Source of the DNA: Bacteroidales bacterium
Lineage (GTDB): Bacteria; Bacteroidota; Bacteroidia; Bacteroidales; UBA12077
Length of the DNA stretch: 64,000 bases
Direction of reading: 5' to 3'
Assembly: GCA_036351015.1 (NCBI GenBank)
Contig: JAZBOG010000020.1
Coordinates: 1,305 to 65,304 of the forward strand
The notes below the pieces were generated by a model. That model saw nothing but the letters and a program-made list of their open reading frames with translations, made no database searches and was not told the origin of the DNA. This document shows positions 17,669 to 28,400 of the stretch, piece after piece. Positions within the stretch are counted from its first letter, which is position 1. Each line of letters starts with the position of its first letter. The position numbers and the translations under genes are program-made.

Positions 17669-19447
17669 TTAGGATAAAACAATGGCATCAAATTTACATT
17701 TCGAATAACACATTCCGCATTTTATACAAGCCTCCTGCCGGATAAAATGTACTTCTTTTCTTGCTCCATCAATTGCATCTGACGGGCAATTTTTGGCACA
17801 TACAGTACAACCGGTACATTTTTCAGGATCAACGGTGTACGTAAGTAGTTTTTTACAATTTAATGCAGGGCATTTTTTATCCTTGATATGGGCTTCATAC
17901 TCATGGCGGAAATACTTAATGGTAGTTAATACCGGATTTGGCGCTGTTTGTCCCAAACCACACAATGAATTGTCTTTAATTTGATAAGCAAGTTCTTCCA
18001 GTTTTTCGATGTCTCCTTCCTCACCTTCACCTTCGGTGATGCGGGTAAGTATTTCGAGCATTCGTTTGGTTCCGATGCGGCAGAATGTACATTTTCCACA
18101 CGATTCTTTCCGGGTAAAATCAAGAAAGAAACGAGCCATATCGACCATACAGGTGGTTTCATCCATCACCACCATCCCCCCGGATCCCATAATTGCGCCG
18201 GTAGCATTCACCGAATCATAATCAACAATGGTATCGGCAAGGTACTCAGGGATACAGCCTCCGGAAGGGCCACCCAGTTGAACCGCTTTAAATTTCTTGT
18301 CCCCGGTAATGCCGCCTCCTAATTTAAAAATAATATCATGGATTGAAATTCCCATAGGGACCTCAACAGCTCCTCCGTGTTTAATTTTCCCGGTAAGTGC
18401 AAAAACTTTGGTTCCTTTACTTTTTTCTGTACCATACCGGGAAAAGGATTGGGCCCCGTTTAAAATGATGTAAGGGATATTGGCAAAAGTTTCCACATTA
18501 TTAATGTTTGAAGGTTTACCCCATAATCCTGCTTCGGCAGGAAAAGGAGGTCGTTTCCTGGGCATCCCGCGTTCCCCTTCCACAGAGGCAATCAATGCTG
18601 TTTCTTCACCACAGACAAAGGCTCCTGCACCTTCTTTCACATACAGATCAAAATGAAAACCTTTCATTCCCAGAATATTTTTACCAAGATAGCCTTTCTC
18701 CCTTGCCTGCCCAAGAGCTATATTAAGCCTTTTAATCGCCAGGGGATATTCAGCCCGGCAATAGATTACACCTTCTGTGGCACCAATGGCATACCCCCCA
18801 ATAATTAATCCTTCAATTACAGCATGCGGATCACCCTCCAACAATGAACGGTCCATAAAAGCACCGGGATCTCCTTCGTCGGCATTACAGATGATATATT
18901 TTTCGTCGGATTGGTTTTTATAGGCAAACCTCCATTTTAACCCTGTGGGGAAACCACCTCCTCCACGGCCCCGGATTCCTGAATCTAAAACCGTTTGAAT
19001 TACCTGTTCCTGATCGATTTTTTCTGCAACTATTTTTTTAATTCCTTTATATCCATCATTCTTTTCGTATTCATCGATACTTTCAGGATTGATTATTCCA
19101 CAATGACGAAGGGCTATTTTTACCTGTCCATCCCAAAAGGTGTCGTCCGGGGATTTAAACAGATCGCTTTTAACCACGTAATCCTTAATCGGTTCGCTCT
19201 GTTTGAGATGTTTATCAAAAATCTCAACCGCTTTCTCTTCATTAATGTCTCCATATAAATAGGACCCGGTATCATCAACCACCTCCACTAATGGTTCCCG
19301 GTAACACATGCCAATACAACCGGTTTTTTTCAATTCAAAATCAAGTTGATCTGCATGCTTTAAAGCGATGAGTTTATCGTAAACTTTTTGAGCACCTGCA
19401 GAAATTCCACAGCTTGCCAATCCAACCAAAACTTTTGTTTTTTCCAT
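17669..19447 (-). CDS. NuoF/HydB-type NADH-binding FMN Fe-S subunit
   Basis: 592 aa. N-terminal thioredoxin-like 2Fe-2S domain, GRGGGGFPTGLKW (FMN), CNADEGDPGAF, ESCGKCTFCRIG (N3-type cluster) and a C-terminal 2x[4Fe-4S] ferredoxin (CTGCTVCAKNCP, CIKCGMCYSKC). Confidence 0.9.
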   Translation of the reverse strand: MEKTKVLVGLASCGISAGAQKVYDKLIALKHADQLDFELKKTGCIGMCYREPLVEVVDDTGSYLYGDINEEKAVEIFDKHLKQSEPIKDYVVKSDLFKSPDDTFWDGQVKIALRHCGIINPESIDEYEKNDGYKGIKKIVAEKIDQEQVIQTVLDSGIRGRGGGGFPTGLKWRFAYKNQSDEKYIICNADEGDPGAFMDRSLLEGDPHAVIEGLIIGGYAIGATEGVIYCRAEYPLAIKRLNIALGQAREKGYLGKNILGMKGFHFDLYVKEGAGAFVCGEETALIASVEGERGMPRKRPPFPAEAGLWGKPSNINNVETFANIPYIILNGAQSFSRYGTEKSKGTKVFALTGKIKHGGAVEVPMGISIHDIIFKLGGGITGDKKFKAVQLGGPSGGCIPEYLADTIVDYDSVNATGAIMGSGGMVVMDETTCMVDMARFFLDFTRKESCGKCTFCRIGTKRMLEILTRITEGEGEEGDIEKLEELAYQIKDNSLCGLGQTAPNPVLTTIKYFRHEYEAHIKDKKCPALNCKKLLTYTVDPEKCTGCTVCAKNCPSDAIDGARKEVHFIRQEACIKCGMCYSKCKFDAIVLS

Positions 19448-19478
19448 AAAAAAATATTTTAATTATCCCAATGAGGGA

Positions 19479-19997
19479 TTAATTACTTTCCTTTATTTTT
19501 ATCTCTTTCACAATTTTTACTGCCTGATTTCCGGTTAGTTTTCCAAAAGTCTCATCACCAATCATCATTACCGGAGCAAGAGAACAACAACCAAGGCAGG
19601 CAACAGATTCCAGCGTAAAAAGGTTATCCTCAGTAGTTTCGCCATCGTTAACCCCCAAAGCATCCTCCAATGCTTCGCTTATGGCTGTAGCATTCTGAAC
19701 ATGACAGGCTGTTCCGTGGCAAACCTTAATAATATGCTTTCCTACCGGATTTAACCTGAACTGGGTATAGAATGTTGCCACCCCAAACATTTCACTCAGT
19801 TCTAATCCTGTAACTTCAGCTATTTTATAAAAAGCCTCCCGGGGTAGATAACCATAAATATTCTGCGTACCTTGTAATATGGGTATTAAACTCCCTTTCT
19901 TTTGCTTATATTTTTCTAATAGAGGATCAATTAGTGAAAGATCAACAGAGGGCCCTTCAGTACCCTCAATTTTAGGCAAGATTCTTTGAACACGCAT
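19479..19997 (-). CDS. NuoE/HydC-type [2Fe-2S] subunit
   Basis: 172 aa. VCHGTACHV and CLGCCSLAP cysteine motifs of the 24-kDa/NuoE family. First gene of the operon. Confidence 0.9.
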   Translation of the reverse strand: MRVQRILPKIEGTEGPSVDLSLIDPLLEKYKQKKGSLIPILQGTQNIYGYLPREAFYKIAEVTGLELSEMFGVATFYTQFRLNPVGKHIIKVCHGTACHVQNATAISEALEDALGVNDGETTEDNLFTLESVACLGCCSLAPVMMIGDETFGKLTGNQAVKIVKEIKIKESN

Positions 19998-20199
19998 AAT
20001 TGTAGAGCTTAGTTTTCGAAAATTCTTTAATTATTTTGCTTCTTAAATAAGGGTTCAATATATAATTTTGAATGATGAATAACAAAATTAATCTTATGCC
20101 GTATAATATTTTTACTGAAATCTGTTATTATTGCACTTTTTACAAAGTTATTTATAATTATTCTATTCTATTTTGTAAATTGCACAAAAATAAACAACT

Positions 20200-20403
20200 A
20201 TGGCATTTAGTGAAAGTGGTGAACGTATACGTAAATTGATAATCAAGGCTATCGATGATCATATCATTACCCCGGAAGAATACGATGAAATTCTTGAAAT
20301 CTCTTTTGAAGATGGGCATATTGATGCTCAGGAACAGGCCTTGCTAACCGAATTACAAAAAATGATTGAAAATAAAGAGATTCGGTTTGCTAAAGAAGAA
20401 TGA
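20200..20403 (+). CDS. Small acidic hypothetical protein (67 aa)
   Basis: Isolated ORF in an otherwise non-coding 670-bp interval. No motif recognised. Confidence 0.35.
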   Translation: MAFSESGERIRKLIIKAIDDHIITPEEYDEILEISFEDGHIDAQEQALLTELQKMIENKEIRFAKEE

Positions 20404-20671
20404 TCTAAATACCATTTCTCAAACTCCATTTTGTCCTTTCTACAATCCATGAATTCATTCAGAAAAACAGGGGCATTGATGTATCTGAATTTTCATCATA
20501 ATACCCCCTCATCACCTCCCTGCGCATAAATATTCAACGTTAAAAAAAATAACTCCCTGATTCTTTTTCGAATGTAACGTTTGTTAACAAATAATTGTCA
20601 CAATCCGGTTTCAAATCATAGGAAAATAATATTTTTATAATTTTTGAAAAAAATAACTTTCTGTTTTCCCC

Positions 20672-23626
20672 ATGAAAAAAAGATTGGTTATCGGTATAAC
20701 TGACCACCCTCTTTTAGGGCTGATTATGTCCCCTTACATTGTCACTATCAGGCCAAATCACGGATTTTATCCGATCGAAGCCAAAATTTCCAGGTTAAAT
20801 ATTAGCAGGTATATTGATTTTTTTACCGAGAATGAGAAAAAAGTATTGGAAGCCATCGAAGAATATAGCGATCAGAGTTTACATAAATTGTTTTCACGAA
20901 AGAAAAAAGATACTACGGTTGACTTTATGAAAAAGCTGGACAGGCCATTTGCTGAAAAATATATTCGACCCTATCTAGAAAAGAAGATGGCAAAAGCTGT
21001 TGATTTCCTCTACGATACCAACCTGCAACTATTTTATAAAGAAAAACCTAAATACATTAATTCAGAAGACAGAATTGAGCAATATAAACCTAACGCTCAA
21101 GCAATTTTTAACATAACACGCCTTGAACATGAGAGTCATTACTATCTAACGGTAAAACACCAGGATGAAGAAATCCATTTATTGAATAAACCCTCTCAAA
21201 TACTGGTTGAAAATCCAGCCCATATCATTATTGAAAATAATCTCTACCGTTTTGAAGATATTAATGCCAAAAAACTACTTCCCTTTTTTCATAAAGAAAG
21301 TATTCGTATTCCTAAATCCTCGGAAGAGATATGGTTTAAAACCTTTGCCCTGGATATTGTCAAAAACTTTAATGTGAAACCCTCAGGATTTGAAATTGAT
21401 GAAACCATAGATCATAAAAAAGCGGTTTTTAGCTTCGAAAAAAACCTGGAAGGAAAACCTGTTTTTCATTTATATTTTATTTACAATCAACTATTTAAAT
21501 TTGATGCTTTCAAAGAAAACAGGGTCTCTGTAAAATTTGAAAAACAAAATGAACAGTACCTTTTCTACAAAATAGCCCGGGATGATTCATGGGAAAATCA
21601 AATCATCCAGAAAATAAAATCCATGGGGTTAATACATTTAAATGAATCATACTTTAGCCTACCCGAAAATGTGGATACTGAATTATCCAACCAGTTATTT
21701 CAGACCGTAAGGTGGTTGCAACAAAATAAAAATCAAATTTTAAAAACGGGAATTAGCCTTAATCAGGATCGAATGGATATTTCCTATAATTTCGACCCCG
21801 TATGCATTGAAACAAATCTTGAAGAGAAAAGTGACTGGTTTGATATTTATATCCGGGTTCAAATAGGAGAGTTTACTCTCCCCTTTACCAAATTCAGAAA
21901 AAATATTTTAAACGGGAATCCGGAATACAAGCTACCCAATGGAGAAATAGCCATTTTACCCCGGGAGTGGTTTTCCAAATACCAGGAATTGTTCCAGTTT
22001 GGAAAAGAAGATAAGGGACACCTGATTTTAAAGAAGCACCATTTCGGCTTATTGGACCACCATGTGCCGGAAAAAGACTTATCGATTATAGAAAAATATA
22101 TAAACCTTCTTCGTGAGATAAATCATCTACATTACAAAGTTCCTCAACCCTTAGAAGCAGCATTAAGGCCTTATCAAAAAACCGGTTATTCCTGGATGCA
22201 ACTCCTTCAGGAGTATCATTTTGGCGGATGCCTGGCCGATGATATGGGATTGGGGAAAACGATACAAACCCTGACCTTACTTTTAAAAGCCAAAGAAACG
22301 AAGCCAAAGGATCAAGAAAATTACCCTGAAGCTGCACCTGAACTTTCCCAATTAAGTATTTTTGATGAAATCAAAACACAATTTACCCATTCTTCTTCTC
22401 AAACCTCCCTTATTGTCATGCCCACCTCACTAATCCATAACTGGGCGGAAGAAATAAATAAGTTTACCCCCTCGCTTTCCTGTTTCAAATACACAGGTCA
22501 AAACCGTCCAAAAGAACTTCATATCTTTAGGGAATTTGACATTATTTTAACAACTTATGGAATTGTACGCAATGATCTGGATCTGCTTGTTAAGTTCAAG
22601 TTTCATTACTTAATTCTGGATGAAAGCCAGTATATTAAGAATCCGGATTCCAAAATATATAAAGCGGTAAACCAGTTAAATTCATGTCACCGCCTGGTAT
22701 TAACCGGCACCCCAATTGAAAATTCCCTGACCGACTTATGGGCACAACTCAATTTTCTCAATAGGGGCCTGCTGGGAAATCTCCGTTTTTTTAAACGAGA
22801 GTTTATTCTTCCCATAGAAAAAAAATCCGATGTCCAAAAGAAAGAGAAGTTGCAACAATTTATAAAACCTTTTATTTTACGAAGAACCAAGCAGCAAGTA
22901 GCTAAAGATTTGCCTGAAAAAATAGAATCGGTGATCTATTGTGATATGACAGAAGAACAAAAATCCTTTTATGAAAAAGAAAAATCAAAAATAAGAAATT
23001 CGATTATTGAACATATTGAAACCGATGAACACAAGCCTGTCATGCTGGCCATTGAAGGGTTAACCAAATTAAGGCAAATAGCCAATCATCCCATTTTAAC
23101 AGATCCCGATTATCAAAAAGAATCAGGAAAATTTGAAGAAATTACACGCAATATTGAAAATTTAATTGCTGAAAAGCATAAAGTACTTATTTTTTCTGCT
23201 TATGTAAAGCATTTGCAACTTATTGCACATTATCTCGAAAAATCCCAACATTCCTATTCGATGTTAACGGGGAGTACGAAAAACCGTGACCAGGTAATTA
23301 AAGATTTTCAAAATTCACCCGAAAAATCAGTATTCCTTATACAGATTAAAGCCGGGGGGGTGGGATTAAACCTAACGGCTGCCGATTATGTATTTATCAT
23401 CGATCCATGGTGGAATCCTGCCGTGGAGGAACAAGCCATTAACCGGGCACACCGCATTGGGCAGGATAAGAATGTTATGGTTTATCGTTTTATCTCTTCA
23501 GACACTGTAGAAGAAAAAATTCAACGACTTAAATCAAAAAAATCAAAACTCGCCAACACCTTTGTTAATACCGAACGGGCTGAACAAAAAATGAATTTAG
23601 ACCTGATCCTGGAATTTCTTCGTTAA
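20672..23626 (+). CDS. SNF2-family helicase/ATPase with a long N-terminal accessory region
   Basis: 984 aa. Helicase motifs LADDMGLGKTIQ (I), LILDESQYIKN (II), TGTPIEN (III), and C-terminal motifs GGVGLNLTAADYVFIIDPWWNPAVEEQAINRAHRIGQ. Confidence 0.9.
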   Translation: MKKRLVIGITDHPLLGLIMSPYIVTIRPNHGFYPIEAKISRLNISRYIDFFTENEKKVLEAIEEYSDQSLHKLFSRKKKDTTVDFMKKLDRPFAEKYIRPYLEKKMAKAVDFLYDTNLQLFYKEKPKYINSEDRIEQYKPNAQAIFNITRLEHESHYYLTVKHQDEEIHLLNKPSQILVENPAHIIIENNLYRFEDINAKKLLPFFHKESIRIPKSSEEIWFKTFALDIVKNFNVKPSGFEIDETIDHKKAVFSFEKNLEGKPVFHLYFIYNQLFKFDAFKENRVSVKFEKQNEQYLFYKIARDDSWENQIIQKIKSMGLIHLNESYFSLPENVDTELSNQLFQTVRWLQQNKNQILKTGISLNQDRMDISYNFDPVCIETNLEEKSDWFDIYIRVQIGEFTLPFTKFRKNILNGNPEYKLPNGEIAILPREWFSKYQELFQFGKEDKGHLILKKHHFGLLDHHVPEKDLSIIEKYINLLREINHLHYKVPQPLEAALRPYQKTGYSWMQLLQEYHFGGCLADDMGLGKTIQTLTLLLKAKETKPKDQENYPEAAPELSQLSIFDEIKTQFTHSSSQTSLIVMPTSLIHNWAEEINKFTPSLSCFKYTGQNRPKELHIFREFDIILTTYGIVRNDLDLLVKFKFHYLILDESQYIKNPDSKIYKAVNQLNSCHRLVLTGTPIENSLTDLWAQLNFLNRGLLGNLRFFKREFILPIEKKSDVQKKEKLQQFIKPFILRRTKQQVAKDLPEKIESVIYCDMTEEQKSFYEKEKSKIRNSIIEHIETDEHKPVMLAIEGLTKLRQIANHPILTDPDYQKESGKFEEITRNIENLIAEKHKVLIFSAYVKHLQLIAHYLEKSQHSYSMLTGSTKNRDQVIKDFQNSPEKSVFLIQIKAGGVGLNLTAADYVFIIDPWWNPAVEEQAINRAHRIGQDKNVMVYRFISSDTVEEKIQRLKSKKSKLANTFVNTERAEQKMNLDLILEFLR

Positions 23627-23634
23627 CCAATAAT

Positions 23635-24450
23635 CTATTTATTTTTTTTCATTGTTCTGAAAAATAAAACCAATAAGATCGTACTAATCGCCGAGAGAAA
23701 AAGAAAAATTCCTGCCACAGACGAATCATCGCTAATATCTTTAACCTTTAGCATAACAACCATCCCGATAAGAGCAATGGTTAAAATAATTGTAAATACA
23801 AGTCCTACCGGAGCAAAGATATACCCCAGCTGGTGTTTTTTAAACAATAAAAAAGCGACAACAATTAATCCGGGCAATGCAAATGCAATATCGATAACAT
23901 GTACCGGGTTAACCAGTAAATCATTATCACTTACCAGATCAGGAACCGTATTGCTAAGAATAGCAGGAACAAGATCTTTAAACCAGAGCAAATAAAACAT
24001 GGTTGCTACAATTATAAAATAGATACCTATTGTTTTGGTAATCCCGGATGGATTAAACCAACTTTTAATATCCTGATGATTTAACTCCAGCATTAAAACC
24101 CAGAAAGCAAAAACTGATAATCCCAGTGTTGAACAGTATAATAAAAAAAGCTGATTAAAATGAACACCAAAAGCATAAATAATAAATGAATACAAAATAT
24201 AAAACAAGGTTCCGGCAAGTACGAATAATCCCATACGGTTATTTTTAAGGCCAGCCCAAAGAGAGATCAATAAAACAGGAACCACAAAGAACAAGTCTAC
24301 CAGATCCTGGCCAATTCCCTGTGCGCCCATTGATGCAGAGTCTCGCACATAGGTCAAAGGATAAAATGCGCCAAGATAAGATACTACCGTGAGCGAAACG
24401 GCAAGCAAAACAACGAGTACGGTTAAGGTTTTTTTTGATTTCAGTTCCAT
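23635..24450 (-). CDS. Polytopic membrane protein, unknown function
   Basis: 271 aa with about 8 hydrophobic segments and no other motif. Confidence 0.55.
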   Translation of the reverse strand: MELKSKKTLTVLVVLLAVSLTVVSYLGAFYPLTYVRDSASMGAQGIGQDLVDLFFVVPVLLISLWAGLKNNRMGLFVLAGTLFYILYSFIIYAFGVHFNQLFLLYCSTLGLSVFAFWVLMLELNHQDIKSWFNPSGITKTIGIYFIIVATMFYLLWFKDLVPAILSNTVPDLVSDNDLLVNPVHVIDIAFALPGLIVVAFLLFKKHQLGYIFAPVGLVFTIILTIALIGMVVMLKVKDISDDSSVAGIFLFLSAISTILLVLFFRTMKKNK

Positions 24451-24491
24451 AATTTATCATTTATTGGTTAATGCAAAATAATAACTTTTTA

Positions 24492-25376
24492 TCATATCAT
24501 TGATGAAGTTGGATAAACATTCTCGGGAGTTTTATTGATTGCATTTTTCAAATAAGCAATCATCTTCTCCTTATCTTTTCCAAGTACCCCCTTTAACACC
24601 AAATTATTCGACACATGATCGGAGCGGTAAATAACATGATTTACATCGAGATACCGGATAAAAAGCAACAATTCCTCAAACAACTCCTTAACACTTAGCT
24701 GCTGATAATCTCCTTTAAAACGCTGCTGAAAATGAGCTTGTCCGTAGGGCATGCTTAAAGTAAGTGTAGAAAGGAATTTAGGTTGTAAAAAATTAACAAT
24801 CTCAGCAGACTTCAGGGCATGTTGCCGACTATACATCCTCCCCCCCAGTCCGTTAATTATCATGACCGAAGTATCTATCCCAGCCTCGTGTGCCTTTTGA
24901 ATTCCGGTAACGGTAGAATTAAAAGTCTCTCCTTTATGAATCCATTGCAACAGCTCATCGTCACCGGTCTCTATACCAATATATAATAATTTTAATCCCA
25001 GGTTACGTAATTCTTTTAATTCTCTAACTGATTTATGCACAAGATCCTTGGGTAAGGCATAGGAGGATACCCGCTGAACCCGATTAAACTGCTTTTTTAA
25101 TTCTACCAGAACTGAAGTTAATTTTTCTGTTGGTAATACCATGGCATTGCCATCAGCAAGAAATATTTTTCTGGCCTTTGGAAAAGTATTTGCCAGTTGA
25201 AAAATTTCGGGTTTTATTTCCTTCAAAGGACGAATTTTGAATTTTTTAGAGGTATACATCTCACAAAACGCACACTTATTCCAAGAACAGCCCAGGGTTA
25301 CCTGCAATATTGCAGCACTGGCCTCAGCCGGAGGACGAAAAACAGGCTGGTTATATGAAACTGGCGAAAAAAACAA
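24492..25376 (-). CDS. Radical SAM-type protein, unknown substrate
   Basis: 294 aa. Cys triad GCSWNKCAFCEMY near the N-terminus, followed by a TIM-barrel-like pattern (FLADGNA, YIGIETGDDELL). Confidence 0.75.
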   Translation of the reverse strand: MFFSPVSYNQPVFRPPAEASAAILQVTLGCSWNKCAFCEMYTSKKFKIRPLKEIKPEIFQLANTFPKARKIFLADGNAMVLPTEKLTSVLVELKKQFNRVQRVSSYALPKDLVHKSVRELKELRNLGLKLLYIGIETGDDELLQWIHKGETFNSTVTGIQKAHEAGIDTSVMIINGLGGRMYSRQHALKSAEIVNFLQPKFLSTLTLSMPYGQAHFQQRFKGDYQQLSVKELFEELLLFIRYLDVNHVIYRSDHVSNNLVLKGVLGKDKEKMIAYLKNAINKTPENVYPTSSMI

Positions 25377-25463
25377 AAGAAAACGGGCGTTAATAAATTA
25401 ATTACTACTTATGTCAATTAAACTTTTTGTATTTTCAACGCATCAAAGAAAGATAAAACTTTA

Positions 25464-28400
25464 ATGAAAATAAAATTTAACCCGATGAAAAATTCAACAG
25501 TACTATCAATTCTTATCCTGTTTTTCCTGAGTATACATGGAATCGCCCAGGAAAACACAGCCTATTTCTTAACTGAACCTACCCTTTCGCCCAATGGCGA
25601 AACCATTGTTTTTGTGTATGAAAACGATTTATGGCAGGTAAAAACGGAGGGTGATGTTGCCACGCGGTTAACGGCCATGGATGGTTCCGAATCGAACCCA
25701 CGTTTTTCTCCCGATGGACAGTGGATAGCATTCTCGTCAGAGCAAAACGGCAATGCCGATGTTTACCTTTTACCTGTAAAAGGTGGAGAAATTATCCAGC
25801 TTACTTTTCATGATGCAAATGATTATGTGAATAGCTGGTCATGGGACTCTCAAACCATAAACTTCACTTCTAACCGGTATAATGTAATTGGTTCGTACAA
25901 AATACAGGTAACCGGAGGTACTCCGAAAAGGCTTTTTGGCGACAATTATTTTAATAATGTACATCATATCGCCGAGCTTCCCGGCGAGGAGGCATACCTG
26001 TTTACCGAATCATGGGAAAGCTTTATGTTTCCCCACCGGAAAAGATATAAGGGAGAACATAATCCGGACATCAAGTATTACCATGCAGGAACCCAGGAAT
26101 ATAAACAGCTGACTGATTATCGGGGAAAAGATTTATGGCCCTCAACTGATCAACAGGGAATAATCTATTTTGCTTCAGATGAAATCAACTCAGTATACAA
26201 TCTTTTAACTTTCGATGATTCATCCAAAAAAGCATTAACAAATTTTTCAACCGCCATAGGTCAACCACAGGTTAGTGCAAATGGTGAAAAAGTGGTTTTT
26301 ACAAAAGACTATCAGATTCATATTTATGATGTAAAAAGCAATCGAACTTATAAACCTGAAATTAAAATATATAAAAATGAAACCCTGGATATTCACCAGA
26401 AGTTCAATGTGAAAGGAAAAATTTCATCCTTTGACATATCACCCGATAATAAAAAAATAGCCTTGGTTTCTCGCGGGAGATTATTTGTTTCGGACATTAA
26501 AGGGAAGTTTGTAAAAGAGATAAATACAAACCCCAGAGAACGTGTTGTGGAGGTAAAATGGCTGGAGAATAATGAAGAGCTGCTATATTCAAGAACAAAT
26601 AAAGGATGGACAAATATTTTTAAAACGTCTGCCGTTAAAAATACTGATGAAAAACAATTAACCTATGAAAATAAAACCGAACGCTATATCGGGCTTTCTC
26701 CGGATTTCAGAAAAGCGGTATATATCTGTGGTTCATCCCATATTCATCTGATGGATTTAAAATCTTTTAAAGTTGAAAAAATTATTGAAGATGAATTCTG
26801 GTTTAGTGGATCACAACCACGTTTTTCACCCGATGGAAAATATATTACCTATACAGCATTCAGAAATTTCGAACCCGATGTTTTTATTTATGATATTGAA
26901 CAAAAAAAGAGTTTGAAAATTACCAGTAACGGGGTTCCTGAAGATGATCCTTTCTGGTCGCCGGATGGAAAATACCTTTATGTCAGTGCCAACAGATTCA
27001 TCCCCGCCTATCCCAGGGGTAAAGGGACCCATAAATTATACCGGATTCCTTTATACCGGTTTGCCGGTGATTTTAAATCGAGCGAATATGAGAATCTTTT
27101 TCTAAAAGAACATCCTAAAGATACAGCCATTGAAATAAAATTAGAACTAGAAAACATTGAAAAACGATGGGAAAATGTGTCCAATGTCAGTGGAGAACAT
27201 CACAACCCCTATATTTTTAAAGAAAAAGATAAAGAGATTCTGTTTTTTAATGCCTATAGTGATAATTGGGAATCGTCCTTTCACAAAATGGAAATGATTC
27301 CTTTTGAGAAAAACAAATCCAAAAGCATCTCAGATCATTCATTTCAACAAATTGTAAAATCGAAGGATAAATATTATGCGTTAATCAATGGCTCCATTCA
27401 TGAAATCAATGTTTCAGCCGATAAAACCGAAGAGCTTGCCATAGATTTTATCTTCACCAAAAACCTCAACAATGAATTTGAGCAGATGTTTTATGAAAAC
27501 TGGGCTGCCCTTGCAGAGAATTTTTACGATAAAGATTACCACGGAATTGACTGGAAGAAAACCCGTGATTATTATGAGCAATTCTTGCCCTACATCAGAA
27601 ATCGGGAGAATTTACGCAAACTGCAAATAGATATGTTAGGGGAACTAAATGCTTCACACCTAGATTTCAGATCCAGCGGAGAAGAGCAAGAAACATTTTA
27701 TAAACTAAAAAGCAATGAAACCGGGATCCTTTTCCGGGAAGATGATCCATATATGGTTAAGCAACTGGTTAAGAATTCGCCGGTTGATCTTTTAAATATC
27801 CCGATAAAACCAGGAGATAAGCTGATTGCTGTAAATGATGCGAAGATTAACCCGTTAAAAAACAGGAATGCCTTCTTTAATCATCCGGAAGTACTGGAGG
27901 AGATAAAACTAACTTTTAAACGCGACAAATCAACCATTGATGTAAAAATTCACCCGATCTCTTCACGAAAACTCAACAATTTGCTTTATGACCAATGGAT
28001 TGAAAGTAAACAAAAAATAGTAGACAAAGCCTCTGATGAAAAAATTGCCTATGTATATATGAAAGATATGGGATCCGGAAGCCTGGAAAATTTCTTAATT
28101 GACATGACTACCGAAGCACTTCATAAAGAGGCAATTATTTTAGATTTAAGATATAACCGGGGAGGAAACGTTCATGATGATGTTTTGCAGTTTTTATCTC
28201 AAAAGCCTTACTTAAACTGGAAATACAGAGACGGGGAGCTTTCACCTCAGCCCAACTTTGCTCCTGCTGCCAAACCTATAGTTTTATTAATTAACGAACA
28301 TTCGTTAAGTGATGCAGAAATGACCGCTGCCGGATTCAAACAACTGGAATTAGGAAAAATAATCGGAACGGAGACATATCGCTGGATTATTTTTACCTCG

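Noticed and set aside
17981-18322. Many 60-130-aa ORFs antisense to or overlapping long genes (for example 2415-2705, 15315-15641, 17981-18322, 29873-30202, 39586-39954, 41060-41461, 44893-45237, 46675-46920, 51214-51558, 60068-60334, 62113-62409)
   Set aside because: Each lies wholly within a longer ORF that carries clear family motifs. Their translations are low-complexity or Cys/Arg/Ser-biased in the way typical of antisense frames. None has independent support.
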